Source of the DNA: a virus
IMG/VR virus record: IMGVR_UViG_3300045988_079613
Reading direction: 5' to 3' (one strand)
DNA length: 64,000 nucleotides
This document shows, one piece after another, positions 46,563-57,991 of this stretch (the first letter of the stretch is position 1; each line of letters starts with the position of its first letter). Position numbers and translations under genes: made by a program. Below the pieces are notes generated by a model, which was not told where the DNA came from, made no database searches, and worked only from the letters and a program-made list of their open reading frames with translations.

Positions 46563-47900
46563 TTATCCAATTGTAAAATCAAACGTTCCAGCATTAAGCT
46601 ACCCACTTGTACGATAACATTTATATGTACCCTTGCTATCTACAGTTACTGAAATAGGATTTTCCATGGGAACTCCAAATCCAGAAGATGTCACTTTAGA
46701 TATATTAAAATTAGATGGTACGCATAACCATACGTAATCACCTTGATTTACATTCATAGAATATGTCCCATTTGGTGAACTCTTGATAGGCTACTTAGTA
46801 AAGCCCGTTATATCTGTAGAAGTTAAACTGGTTTTTGGAGAATGACCAAAAAACATAGGGTAGTATGTACGAACTGTTGCAGTAGCTGATTTTTGTACTT
46901 CATTACTTATTATATCTACTCTATAGACAACACTATCGCTAGTAGTATCAAGATTATCTGTAATGCCATTAAGGTTATCTACTGGAGTATTATGTATAAC
47001 TACAGAATCTCTTTTAAGAGTTACACTCTATGGAATAAAAGGTTCATTGTTAAATAAGAATCTACCAGCCATTTTAATAGAAGTAGAAACTCCTTTTTCG
47101 ATTATAGTGGGAGAAACTGAAAATCCTGAAATAACTGTAAATTGATTATACAGTACTTCCCACACTTCTTCGTGTCTACCACCTGCGATCTATCCATCTA
47201 GAACCTTAATATTATTTATTAAATCTTTAGAATTACTAAGATAATTAGTATCTGATAGATCTGGTAGATTTCCATCACTAGTAATACCTATAATTCTATT
47301 GGTATTTGATAATTGTGCTCTGGTTGCGTAAGTATTCTAAGCCTCTTCTTTAGTAAGATACGGGGACAAATCTATAGGGGCTTGATATTCTCCCATCAAT
47401 TCCCAATGATTATTCACATATATGTACTCTTTCCATATATTACCTTCCTCTCCGTCTTCATCTAATACCAAATATATTTTGGTAGGATCAATATCTTCAG
47501 TAGGTAATTCAAGTACTACCTTATATAAAGTTAAGTCTACTATGCAAGATATTACATTATCAGATATATTGATACCAGCACCGGCTACTAACTTATCTTG
47601 TTTACCTTGTTTTAATGACTCTATATCTTGATCTACAATAGCTATTTGACCCTCAATAATCTTAATCTTCTCATCTACACGTTCTTCGTATGATTCTAAT
47701 TGCTATTGTACATATTTTTTAATCTTCTCTTCAAATTCTGGTAGTGTACCTTCTAATACTCGAAGAGTTTCCCAATACCCTTCCGCATTCCAAGATTTAA
47801 TACTACCTCCTAGAGGATCAGTAGCCAGATCTACCCAATACATTACTTCATCTGGATTAGGCTAAATATCTGTTGCTCTAAAGTTTACAAATCTTACCAT
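46563..47900 (-). CDS. tail fibre/receptor-binding-type protein (about 445 aa, 7 TAGs)
   Basis: Fully hand-translated from ATG 47900 to TAA 46563-46565. No fragment of 60 aa or more appears in the standard-code track. Confidence 0.5.
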
Positions 47901-48091
47901 TTTTCTGTGCTTATTAACTATTTTTTAACTGTGTATAGTGCTGGCATTTCATCAAAGTTTCACTCTCATTTACACTCTTGCGAGGAACAAGGTTACGCTT
48001 GTCTATTTCCTCTTGAGGAACCTCTTGCAAGTCAATTGTTGGGAATACAGTGTATTTCATATGCTTTACTATTGAATTACTATCAGACTAA

Positions 48092-49906
48092 TTATACTTG
48101 CTCCCAAGTAACACTCCCATCCTCGTTGAAGATAATTCTCTTACCTGCTATCTCAACTACTGTATGAGAAGATGAACCTATTATGATCTGATTACTATCG
48201 GATGCTTTAACATTGTACCCTATAACAATAGAATTTTCTATCACTGCCGGAGTGCTCTTAGAATGCAGTTTAGCTAAATGTCCTATACAGATATTATTCT
48301 TACCGTCGACATCATAATTGTTCATTGCATCCATTCCTATAGCAACATTTCCTTCACCTTCTATATACAATGCAGCATTAGCCCCGACAGCAACACATTT
48401 AGTGTTATTACGCACACCAGCAGATGCCCCGACAGCAACACATTTTGATTTAGCAAAATGTGCAGAACCACCACTTAATGTTCTATGCCCTATAGCTACG
48501 TTATCGACGAAATCATTGCTATTTGTCTGCCCTAACGCATTTGTCCCAATTGCGACATTGCGTTCTCCTTGCCCTCTAACCTCTCCCAATGCAGCCTTAC
48601 CTATTGCTACATTATCCTCTCCTTTTGGTATATACCACGCCGCATCAGAACCTATTGCTATATTTCTATCTCCCTCAATTAGGCGCGTTAGGGGGAATGT
48701 TCCTATACCGATATTCCTTGCTCCATATTTTAAGGAGCTTAACGATCTCTGACCTATTGCAATGTTGCGGGATCCATTCTGGTTCTTTGCAAGGGCATCG
48801 GTTGCACCTATTGCAATGTTCCACCAGCCTGTAATGTTATCTGTCATTGTGCCTCCTTCAACATTTTCGTAGTGCTTATTACTATCAGAATCAAGTTCTA
48901 CCTCTATTGATGCCTCATCCTCAGAAACAATTTTACGAAGTTCCACTCCATACACACTTCCATCATATGCTGATGATGCGGTAATTTTAAGACTACCACC
49001 GTCCGATATCATACCAACATAGAATTTACCTAACGTTCCATTATAGATATCACATAATCCCCCCTCACCGATACTAACACAAACATCCTTTTCGTATGTG
49101 CCGACTTTAGAATAATTGAATATTGCTACATATTTTTCACCCTCAATAGTAGCATGATCAAAAATAAGAGTATCTGTATTGCCTATAGCATGCGTATAAA
49201 CCCCTTCTGTGTATTGCCAGTTATCTCCATTGCCAACAATTGAACTGATAAGGTTATCGCCAAGATATAATTTTTTACTTACTTTTCTACGAATGCAAGT
49301 TTTAATATCTTCGGATTGAATATCTTCGTCAAGAGTCACAATCCCATCTGGTCCAACTCTGAGAAATTTCCCTGCGTTGTTTATTCCTTGCTGTTTATCA
49401 ACCTTGCCATTTATTAATCCAGATTCTGATTTGTATTCAATATTGGTAGGTTCATAGCTTACTCCAGATGAATTAGCGCAATAGACATATAGGTAATTAC
49501 AATCAGAAGGTAATACTATCTCAAATGGAAAGTAGTGAGTCTCAATGCTTGTATATCCGTCACAAGCATTAACAATTGAACCGGATACGAAATCGCAATC
49601 TTTTACAGGCAACACGGAGGCTCCATGAGCCGTATCTATCGGTGTAATCATCAGATTTCTTCCCGCCACAACAGGGATAACCTTGTGCTTTGTCAATCCA
49701 TAATTTCCATTAGTTCTGAAAACTAAATCACTACTTGTAATTAATCCACTCCGATAATCATACAAATTCAAGTCGATTGCTTGGGCTTCAATACCAGTAA
49801 TTTTATCTACCTTTGAAAATATTTCCTCAAAGTTCCCATCAATCGCAGCAGCTAAAGTACCCCATGATTTTTCAGAGTCTTTTGCTATATCAAATATCTT
49901 TTCCAT
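48092..49906 (-). CDS. tailspike/fibre with degenerate NIAIG-type repeats (604 aa, TAG-free)
   Basis: Uninterrupted ORF. C-terminal array of (R/D)N(I/V)AIG repeats reminiscent of YadA-head/trimeric-adhesin repeats. Visibly higher GC than its neighbours. Confidence 0.7.
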   Translation of the reverse strand: MEKIFDIAKDSEKSWGTLAAAIDGNFEEIFSKVDKITGIEAQAIDLNLYDYRSGLITSSDLVFRTNGNYGLTKHKVIPVVAGRNLMITPIDTAHGASVLPVKDCDFVSGSIVNACDGYTSIETHYFPFEIVLPSDCNYLYVYCANSSGVSYEPTNIEYKSESGLINGKVDKQQGINNAGKFLRVGPDGIVTLDEDIQSEDIKTCIRRKVSKKLYLGDNLISSIVGNGDNWQYTEGVYTHAIGNTDTLIFDHATIEGEKYVAIFNYSKVGTYEKDVCVSIGEGGLCDIYNGTLGKFYVGMISDGGSLKITASSAYDGSVYGVELRKIVSEDEASIEVELDSDSNKHYENVEGGTMTDNITGWWNIAIGATDALAKNQNGSRNIAIGQRSLSSLKYGARNIGIGTFPLTRLIEGDRNIAIGSDAAWYIPKGEDNVAIGKAALGEVRGQGERNVAIGTNALGQTNSNDFVDNVAIGHRTLSGGSAHFAKSKCVAVGASAGVRNNTKCVAVGANAALYIEGEGNVAIGMDAMNNYDVDGKNNICIGHLAKLHSKSTPAVIENSIVIGYNVKASDSNQIIIGSSSHTVVEIAGKRIIFNEDGSVTWEQV

Positions 49907-50279
49907 AATTATTTTTAATTAGTTTCTAATTCTAAATTAATGTAGCATTCTTTATTAATACTGTGTAATTCACTTCAGGAGGTACTGGAGTTGATATCTA
50001 TAGTTTCCATTCCCCCAACACCACAGCTCCTAAATCTGTATATAAATTTATTCTAATCCAAGAATCTTTGAACTCTGATAGATCTATCTTATTAGTATTA
50101 GAATAATACCTAATAAGCTTACTATCTCCATTAGCAATTACCTTTACTTCTATTATTCCGGAATACTTGGCAGGTTCAATGGTAGCATCTTTCTATTCCA
50201 CTAACTAACCATTCAGATTTGGAAATACGTAATAAGCCTGTGGATTAATAAATATAGGATTATATAAAATTGTTTTCAT
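49890..50279 (-). CDS. hypothetical protein (about 129 aa)
   Basis: Its ATG 50279 lies inside copy 1 of a 24-nt direct repeat. 5 TAGs. TGA 49890-49892 overlaps the next gene. Confidence 0.35.
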
Positions 50280-50300
50280 CTGTATCCGCCTCTGTGTTAC
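50277..50300. repeat. 24-nt perfect direct repeat, copy 1 (CATCTGTATCCGCCTCTGTGTTAC)
   Basis: Identical to 50428-50451. Spans the TAA of the DUF5675-like gene and the ATG of the next gene. Confidence 0.8.
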
Positions 50301-50758
50301 TTAATAGTAATAGTAATTTCTTCTCCGTTTTCTACTGCTTCTTGCATCTTAGCATATAATGCTTTAAATGTTACAGTACTTTCCGTTACTTTACCAACTA
50401 CGTTATTTTTTCCTACTAACAAGCATCCATCTGTATCCGCCTCTGTGTTACCTATATGAATTAAAATACCATTGAAACCAGGTACATCTAATAGTCTAGG
50501 CAATTTCCCATTACAGAATTTATACTGTTTATATTTATTAAATTTAGGAGACACAACATCTAAAGTAACTTTATACGTACCAATAGGTATCGCAGTCTTA
50601 CCATATACTTTAATCTTCTATATGTCTTCTAGCGGTGTATCTTGTGTAAGTCCTCTATCTGTATCTTCAAGAACATTGCAGAATTTAACGCCATCTATAT
50701 ACATATTACTTATAGTATATGTACTTCTTTTAGCTATTCTTTCTGATATTATATGCAT
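50297..50758 (-). CDS. DUF5675-like protein (153 aa, 1 TAG)
   Basis: Fragments 50618.. and 50297..50554 are in the same phase. LLDVPGFNGILIHIGNTEADTDGCLLVG resembles the DUF5675 core (from memory). Confidence 0.5.
50428..50451. repeat. 24-nt perfect direct repeat, copy 2
   Basis: Lies inside the DUF5675-like CDS, encoding GNTEADTDG. Confidence 0.8.
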
Positions 50759-51012
50759 AACTTCAATAATAATATTATACCTACTTGGATTGCTTGACCA
50801 ATAATACCACCTATCATAGTAGCTATCCAGTCCAACCAATCCCATTTACCGCCGTGTTGTTTATCTTTAAACTCCATACCTGTAGCTAAACCAGCTACAA
50901 ATAATATAGTGAACAGAGCACCTGGTAGTATTGCGTACTTCAGGTGCTTCGTTCTATTACTTTCTTTTAACCATTTAATTTGCATATCTTGTAGTTCTAG
51001 GTTGAGCATCAT
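50749..51012 (-). CDS. small membrane protein (87 aa)
   Basis: Two hydrophobic segments (ILPGALFTILFVAGLATG, IGGIIGQAIQVGIILLL). Confidence 0.45.
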   Translation of the reverse strand: MMLNLELQDMQIKWLKESNRTKHLKYAILPGALFTILFVAGLATGMEFKDKQHGGKWDWLDWIATMIGGIIGQAIQVGIILLLKLCI

Positions 51013-51166
51013 ATACTATACTACCGAGTAAATCTGCAGCAAGATTCATTCCAAATTGTTTATCATCGTTATCAATTTCGTTTACTCTTACTATTACATA
51101 TTGTAACATAGTATATATTGCTTCTAACAATTCCCTATCACTGTATTCACTCAGCTTGTTGGTCAT
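50975..51166 (-). CDS. hypothetical protein (63 aa)
   Basis: ORF with overlapping junctions on both sides. Confidence 0.35.
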   Translation of the reverse strand: MTNKLSEYSDRELLEAIYTMLQYVIVRVNEIDNDDKQFGMNLAADLLGSIVYDAQPRTTRYAN

Positions 51167-51437
51167 TGTTTTCAGAATTTATAATTTCATCTAACATAGG
51201 TATTACAGATTCTTGAACTATGGCTAAGAAGCCATTAGATACTACACCTTTTATAGAAGTTGCAGCATCTTTGTCAAGTTCTACTTCACCATTATCATAA
51301 ATGTTCTTAGCTAGTTCTAATCCTTCTTTACTTATAGCAGATCTATAAAGAATTTTACCTAACTCTTTTGACATATCTATATTCTCTTCATTACCCTCAA
51401 TATCTCTAATAACTATATTTTTAAAATCTATTTTCAT
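51147..51437 (-). CDS. hypothetical protein (96 aa)
   Basis: ATG..TGA ORF in the same operon-like string. Confidence 0.45.
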   Translation of the reverse strand: MKIDFKNIVIRDIEGNEENIDMSKELGKILYRSAISKEGLELAKNIYDNGEVELDKDAATSIKGVVSNGFLAIVQESVIPMLDEIINSENNDQQAE

Positions 51438-51471
51438 AATTTACATATTTAGTTAATAATAATACTGAACG

Positions 51472-51738
51472 TTAATTTGAGCAACAGGTCCTGCAATAAT
51501 TACAGTCTTTACAATTTATTATGTTACACACTTTAACTAACTTTAAAGGTATATCTTTATCTATTTGTCTATTAATTCCACAGATCATAGATTCTAGCAT
51601 CTATCTATCTTGAACAAATTCTACTTTAGTAAGTAGAAACTATAACTCGTTAGAGCATATAGCAGATACTACGTCTCTGTTATTATACTTTACAGAATAT
51701 AATAGTTTATTATTTACGTAATTATTTATATCATTCAT
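51472..51738 (-). CDS. small Cys-rich hypothetical protein (88 aa, 2 TAGs)
   Basis: Hand-translated. Ends ...CNIINCKDCNYCRTCCSN-TAA. Confidence 0.35.
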
Positions 51739-51740
51739 AA

Positions 51741-54700
51741 TTATATTTGTCTCTAGAAATCAGACCCATTTTCAACCATCCAAGCAGGACAATTAAATGG
51801 AACAACAGTACCACCAGACATTACATATCCAGAAGCCATATTAGTGTATTTAAGCTGTACAAATTTATTAGGAGTTAGTGTTATTATACTCAAACTTAAT
51901 GAACCGTTATATAAGAATTTACCAACTCCTCCAGGTAAATCACTTTGAGAGTTCTCAGTTACTACTCTCAGTGCATAGTTGCCAGTACCAGTAGTAGAAG
52001 TATAAAATATATATAATGACATACCTTCGTAGGCGTCATTAAAAGGTAATGATATAGTGTAATCGGTAGCTCCGACATCATCTATTACCATTAACTACTT
52101 ATTAGATGTAATATTAGGTCTATATACTGAGGTGCTGCCAGTTAGCTATGAGTAGTATAACTTATCATATTCCTCAGCACTTCTCATTCTTATTACACCT
52201 CTATTCATATCTACCTGTCCAGTGACAGCGTTCACCATGAAATTAGGAATAAACACACTACTTATATAAAATTCAAACGATACGCTTAAAGATCCAGTAC
52301 CAAACTGTGCTATCTCTATAGATGTAGTATAGTCTCCTCCACTGCCAGCTTCACTAGACGGTAAAGTATATTCTACTGTAGAACTAGTTATAGGCATCTG
52401 TATGTACTCTAGATTCCCATTTTTAATATATTTGTATTGCAATTGTACAGTTGCCGAAGGGTAAGTTTTTACTCCTTTCACTTTTATTTTAAACTCAGGT
52501 GTCTATTTAGTAGTACTAACTATATCTGTATTAACTCCCCACATCATAGATACAACAGCATTACGTACAGTTACCTTATATGTCTCTATTGATACGTCAT
52601 CCACCCAGTTGGAATCTGAGGGCATGGTAAAATGGTTAGTGAAATTAACTGTATTATTGGTAAAATTCTAATAATCACTAGTAGCATTTCCTCCACCGTC
52701 AACTCCTTCTTGGCTGAACATGTAGTCTCCGTTGAATATAAATTTACCCATACTACCACCATCCGCAATTAATATCTTGGTAAACAAAGCTTCGTATTTA
52801 TCCATTAAGATCCATGTAGCATTACTGCCATTGGTGTTCCAATCTTGTTCTGGAGTCTTTCCAGTGCTAGTGCCCAACCAATTACCATTTTTGTTCATCA
52901 CATAGTACTCATCATTAAAGAATACATACGGTGCCTTTTCATCAGTACAAGTGTATGTCTTACTATCACTGTAAGTACCTACTGGATATATTATCCTACC
53001 CTTGTTACCATCAGCTCCTACCCACTTAGTCCATTCGTAGACTTCATAATCTGTACTTTCTACAGGGCTAGTCTTATTATATGCTATACCAATATATTTA
53101 GTATATCTATTAGGTGTATCATATATGTCAGCATCAGAAGTAGGTTCGTTATCTGAATATTTTATCCAGGTATACAACGTTGCTCCTGGTTCTCCATCCT
53201 ATCCTGTTTCACCACTTATTCTTACAGGAGTACTCCAACCAGATTCCAGTTCATCATTAGGGGTTATAACTGCCATTATCATCCATAGTGTTTCTATATC
53301 TTCATCTACAGAAGGTACTGTAGTATTCCATCCTGCTGGATTACGGACCTACTGAGGAGTACCGGGAGAATAACCTGTAGTCACAGCTTTGAATCTAAAT
53401 TCAGTATATTTACCGTCCTAAGCTACTCCATCTTTACCATTTAATGGAACTACCTCTCCCCAAACATGAACACTATTGGTTTCTCCGTATACTAAACCTA
53501 TACATTGCCACCATTGTCCCGTAGAAGAATCTGGAAAGTCAACCCAACCGTCTAATCCTCCGGGTTGAGGAACTCTAAAAGTAGGTTTATCTGGTTTAGT
53601 GTTTGACTACTTATATACGTAAGTCTTCCAATTTGGAACAGTTCCAGGTTGTCCGTCTTCACCATCCTTACCATCTCTAATAACGTATATAGTTTCTGTA
53701 TCCACTGTTACTCTATTGCCTGATCTCTCATCGTATAAAGTAAATGTCACCTGAGCTGTAATGGAACTACTGGCTACTACACTACCTATTGAATAATTAG
53801 CTTCACCTCCATTATCTACTTTGTATGTGAACTTATACCCAGTCGGAGTAGTACTTAGAGTTTTAATAGTATCTCCTTCTATTAATTGAAGATCGCACCA
53901 AACGGAGTTTACTTCATTGCTGTCATCTTTAAATCTATGAATAGCGTTTACTGAAGGTAATAAAGAATATACTTTTGCATTCTCTCCATCTGCTCCTGGT
54001 CTTATCTTATTTATAGTAAATATTACATCTCTAACATATTGAGTACCTTCATTAGAAGCTTTAACATTTACAGGAATTCTTATAACATCTCCAGTAGTAG
54101 AAGATATGCTTGTTACTGTAATTACTCCTGTTGATGCATTTGCATTAGCAGTTATTCCTTCTACAGATCCTACAGCTAGACTATCTAGTACTAACTTAGT
54201 AGTACCGTAGTACATGCTTACTGTGGTAGTTAATGGCAATCCAGAAATTACATTACCTTTAGAATCACAAGCAACAGACTGCATATCATTATCAAAGTCT
54301 GTTACTAATCCTCCTACACCATCAACTCCATCCTTACCATCACTTATTTTGAATACAGTCTCTTTATCTACTAGAGTTTCTCCGTTAGTAAGTAGGAATG
54401 TTACCTTTTTATCTATAGAAGTAACAGATAAATTCTAATCTATAGTATAGTTCTCTGCTAAGTCTTCGTCTATCACGTATTTAAATTGGAATCCGGAAGG
54501 AATAGAAGTGAGCATAGTAGTAACTTTTCCTTGGGTCTTCTTAATCCCACAGCTGATAAACTTAACATCAGCTACTCCTTTTTTGTCCACATGCATAGCA
54601 TCTACAGAAGGCACTAAAGAATATAATATTGCATCCTGACCATCTGCTCCTGGTTTAATTTTATTAATAGTAAGATAAGTGGTTCTTTCTATCAACTCAT

Positions 54701-57104
54701 TGTTCCATACACATGAAGCATCAATAGGTATACGAATATTAGTAGGAGCTGAAGGAGTTATGGTACTTACTGTTATTATACCAGTCTTTCTATCTGCTGT
54801 AGCTGTAATTCCATCTACTTGACGTACACTTAAGGAACTAAGATTCAGTTCGGTAGTACCATAATACATAGTCAATTTGGTAGTAACCGGCAATCCAGAT
54901 ATTACAGCCCCTAAATTATCTGTAGCTACCGATTGAACTTCATTGTCCAAGTCTAATACGATACTACCTAGTCCGTCTAAACCATCTTTACCATACTTAG
55001 CCCATAATGAAGGTCCTGTGTAAGCTCTCCATCGACCTCCTCTAAACTTTCTTTGACACACCCATTCATACTATAGTTCTTTAGTAACTCCTTGCGGGTT
55101 ATCAGTCCAACCATCTCCTGGTATATATTCAATACCTTCGAAGTCTCCAGTTTCTTGATATGCGTCTGAATTAGTATTATTTGGAGTAGGATTATCAGGA
55201 TCATTGTTCGTAGCGGTTCTATAGAATATATATTGAACTCCATCTCCGTCCTATCCGTTCTCTCCCCACTTAGACCATAATGCAGGGGTGCTAAATTCTC
55301 CCCATTTATTATCCTTTTTACTTCTGGTACTAACCCATTCTGCTTTTAATATAGAAGTTACTCCCTTAGGATTATCTGTCCAATTAATAGGAATAAAATC
55401 ATCTATGTCTTCTCCTACAGGAGTTTCAGGAGCATCACCTACTCCCGAATCAGTTGTACGAGTATAAATAAATTCTACTGAATTACCATCAGTTCCAGCT
55501 GCACCGTCTTGCCCAGATATCTTTATAGGTTCTGACCATTCTCCTTGTATATTAGGATTAGATGTAAACACTTTATTGGACATCCATACAGGTGGAGTTA
55601 ATTCTTCGTCATTACTAGACCAACCTTCTGGATATACTATAATATTAGTATCAGCATCCCATTCACCTCCTACTGGTTTTTCTGGTTTTTCTATACTAGA
55701 TTTATACGCAAACACCGTGTTATAAGTATCCCCAGGTTCTCCCTATCCAGGTTCACCTTGTGGCCCTTGTTCACCGGTTATTCTTATTGGGCCCTACCAT
55801 TCCTTGACTAACTCGTTGTTCTCATCTATAAGAGCATTAATCATCCACATAAACTCACCTGGAGCTAATGTAGGTGGAGTATCTTCCCAACCAACAGGGT
55901 TTCTACTAGTTTTATTTAAGGCCGGTATTATATTTATGGATACACTCTTAGAATACTTGAAATCCATATAGGTATTAGTTTTACCGTCTTCAGCTGTGCA
56001 CTATACAGGATCAGACCAAGTGGCTACAGTATTTGTACTACCGTCTACTAAACCCATAGACATCCACCATTTACCTTCAGCGCTAGGACCATCAAACCAA
56101 CCATCAATACCGGATACTCCAGGAGTAGGGGTAACAAAAGTAGGTTTAGATGGCTGCAATTCTGCTTGCTTAAATACCCATGTATTCCAATTTGGTTTCA
56201 CAGATTGCCCTGGTTTTCCATCTAATCCATCTTTACCAGGAGGTCCTTGTTCTCCTTGAGGACCTTGAAAGCCTCTTTCCCCTCTTAAACCTTGTGCACC
56301 CTATGGACCTACAAATTTAGCCCACACGTAATCTAATGGATTATTACTTGGCTCTTCGGTTTCTTTATTGGAAGCAATACCAATATACTATGAGTCTTCT
56401 TCCGGTTGATCTGTCATCTAGTCTCCATATTGAGAAGGAGAATATTTAATCCAAGTAAATTTGGTATACTCATTAGTAATATTAGGCGTAGAAAGATCTA
56501 TCTTGTTATTATTTACTACCGCTATTAAGCTATCCTTAATTGAATCGTAGTATATCTATCCGTCTTTATAGGTACCTGTAACATTCCCTTCTATATGTTC
56601 TGCTACATCAATACCCTATGGTAATATCATAGTATCGTTTAATACTACGTCACCGTTTACAAACTTACCTCCTTCGAATGACAATATACTATTGTTTGGT
56701 ATAGTGATAGTTTTACCTTGTAAATCAAATTCGTATTGAATTACATATATAGTATCACTGCTATCAAAATCAGTTTGTAGCAGTATATTTTTGTTATTAA
56801 CTATTCTTTTTCGTAGAATTTTTCTACCTAATCCACTATATTTGCTAGGATTATACTCTTTATCAGCAAATTTAAGACTAAAATCATCATCTACTTTTAT
56901 ATCCTCACCATCAGCATATACTACACTTATAGGCTGCCAATATGATTCGTTAGTCAAACTTATATTACTTGGTACTTCTTTTATAGATATGAAAGACCTA
57001 TATTGTTCGTCATAGACTAAACATAATCTATCATATTCTTTAGAAGAATCATGCTTACCGTCGCAAGTAAGAGTAACTTTACCTAATAATTTTGTGTATT
57101 CCAT
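51741..57104 (-). CDS. very large tail fibre/spike with tandemly duplicated domains (about 1,787 aa)
   Basis: Eight same-phase fragments (51753..57104). N-terminal LGRKILRKRIV...TIYVIQYEFDLQGKTITIPNNSILSFEGGKF is typical of phage fibre/beta-helix N-termini (from memory). Paralogous ~190-aa modules at 53607-54284 and 54435-55061. Only the 55251->55061 gap was hand-checked. Confidence 0.6.
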
Positions 57105-57291
57105 TCTAAAAAATTAATTTTGTATCTGGTTTAATAAAGTCTTTAACATCTGGTTCATCAAAAGTAATCTAGTTATCTTTTGGATCAACTTCTACATTAG
57201 GATAACTAGCATAATCTGATATTACTACGATGTTACCCTAGAAGTCTAGAGCAACATATAAGAACTATTTTAATTCATTACATGTGCACAT
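57079..57291 (-). CDS. small hypothetical protein (70 aa, 4 TAGs)
   Basis: Hand-translated. Overlaps the fibre gene start by about 25 nt. Weak call. Confidence 0.25.
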
Positions 57292-57298
57292 AATATTT

Positions 57299-57922
57299 TT
57301 ATAATTTACATACTCCGTTAATACATTTATTACAAGGAGTGCTAGCTATATTACTGTCTATATTAACGTCTAATAACTTACTTAATTCTAAGTAAAACTG
57401 TAAAGCCTCTTTATTATGAGAAGTAGCAATAGCCTATTCTAGAAGCTGTCTTTTAAAGACTACTAACATTATAGTTTGCATTTGTCTATCATCTAAACAG
57501 GTGCTACAATAATTGTGTAATACTCTTATTTCAGCATTATAAAGTATGTTAGGATTATAGTACACTCCATCTGCATAATCATTTGCATATCTTTCTGTAG
57601 TACAAAACATTTTAATGTACTTAATATTAGTATCAAACTTAGATATAATATCTGATGTAGCAGATATCTCATACGCATACTGTGTAGTTACTTCTTTCTC
57701 TTCTCCATCTCTTACAATTTCTTTTAGAGTAAACTCACAATTAGTATAATTCAATACATAATCATGATTATCTGCACTATCACAGTAAATATTAGCGACA
57801 TTTAAACATTCGTCAATATATATAACTATGTCATTAGTATTTACTATAGATATAGTACTATATACTTCAAAAGTCATAGTATCGTTTTTAAAGTTTACAT
57901 TAACTATTTTATTCATAATCAT
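57299..57922 (-). CDS. hypothetical structural protein (about 207 aa, 1 TAG)
   Basis: Track ORF 57434..57967 trimmed to ATG 57922 (the upstream part is the terminator hairpin) and extended through a TAG to TAA 57299-57301. Confidence 0.5.
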
Positions 57923-57967
57923 AAAATAAAAAAGTGGAGTGGGAAGGAATAATCCAACCCGCCCCAC
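57923..57967 (-). terminator. strong rho-independent terminator
   Basis: Minus strand GTGGGGCGGG-(14 nt)-CCCACTCCAC followed by TTTTTTATTTT, downstream of TAA 57992-57994. Confidence 0.7.
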
Positions 57968-57991
57968 TTTCGTTTAGTAAAATGTTAATTA

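Noticed and set aside
48300-48850. Periodic nucleotide repeats that might be a CRISPR array or tandem satellite
   Set aside because: The periodicity is the in-frame degenerate (R/D)N(I/V)AIG protein repeat of the tailspike. The units are not identical direct repeats with unique spacers. The same reasoning applies to the G-X-Y collagen tracts at about 43830-44260.
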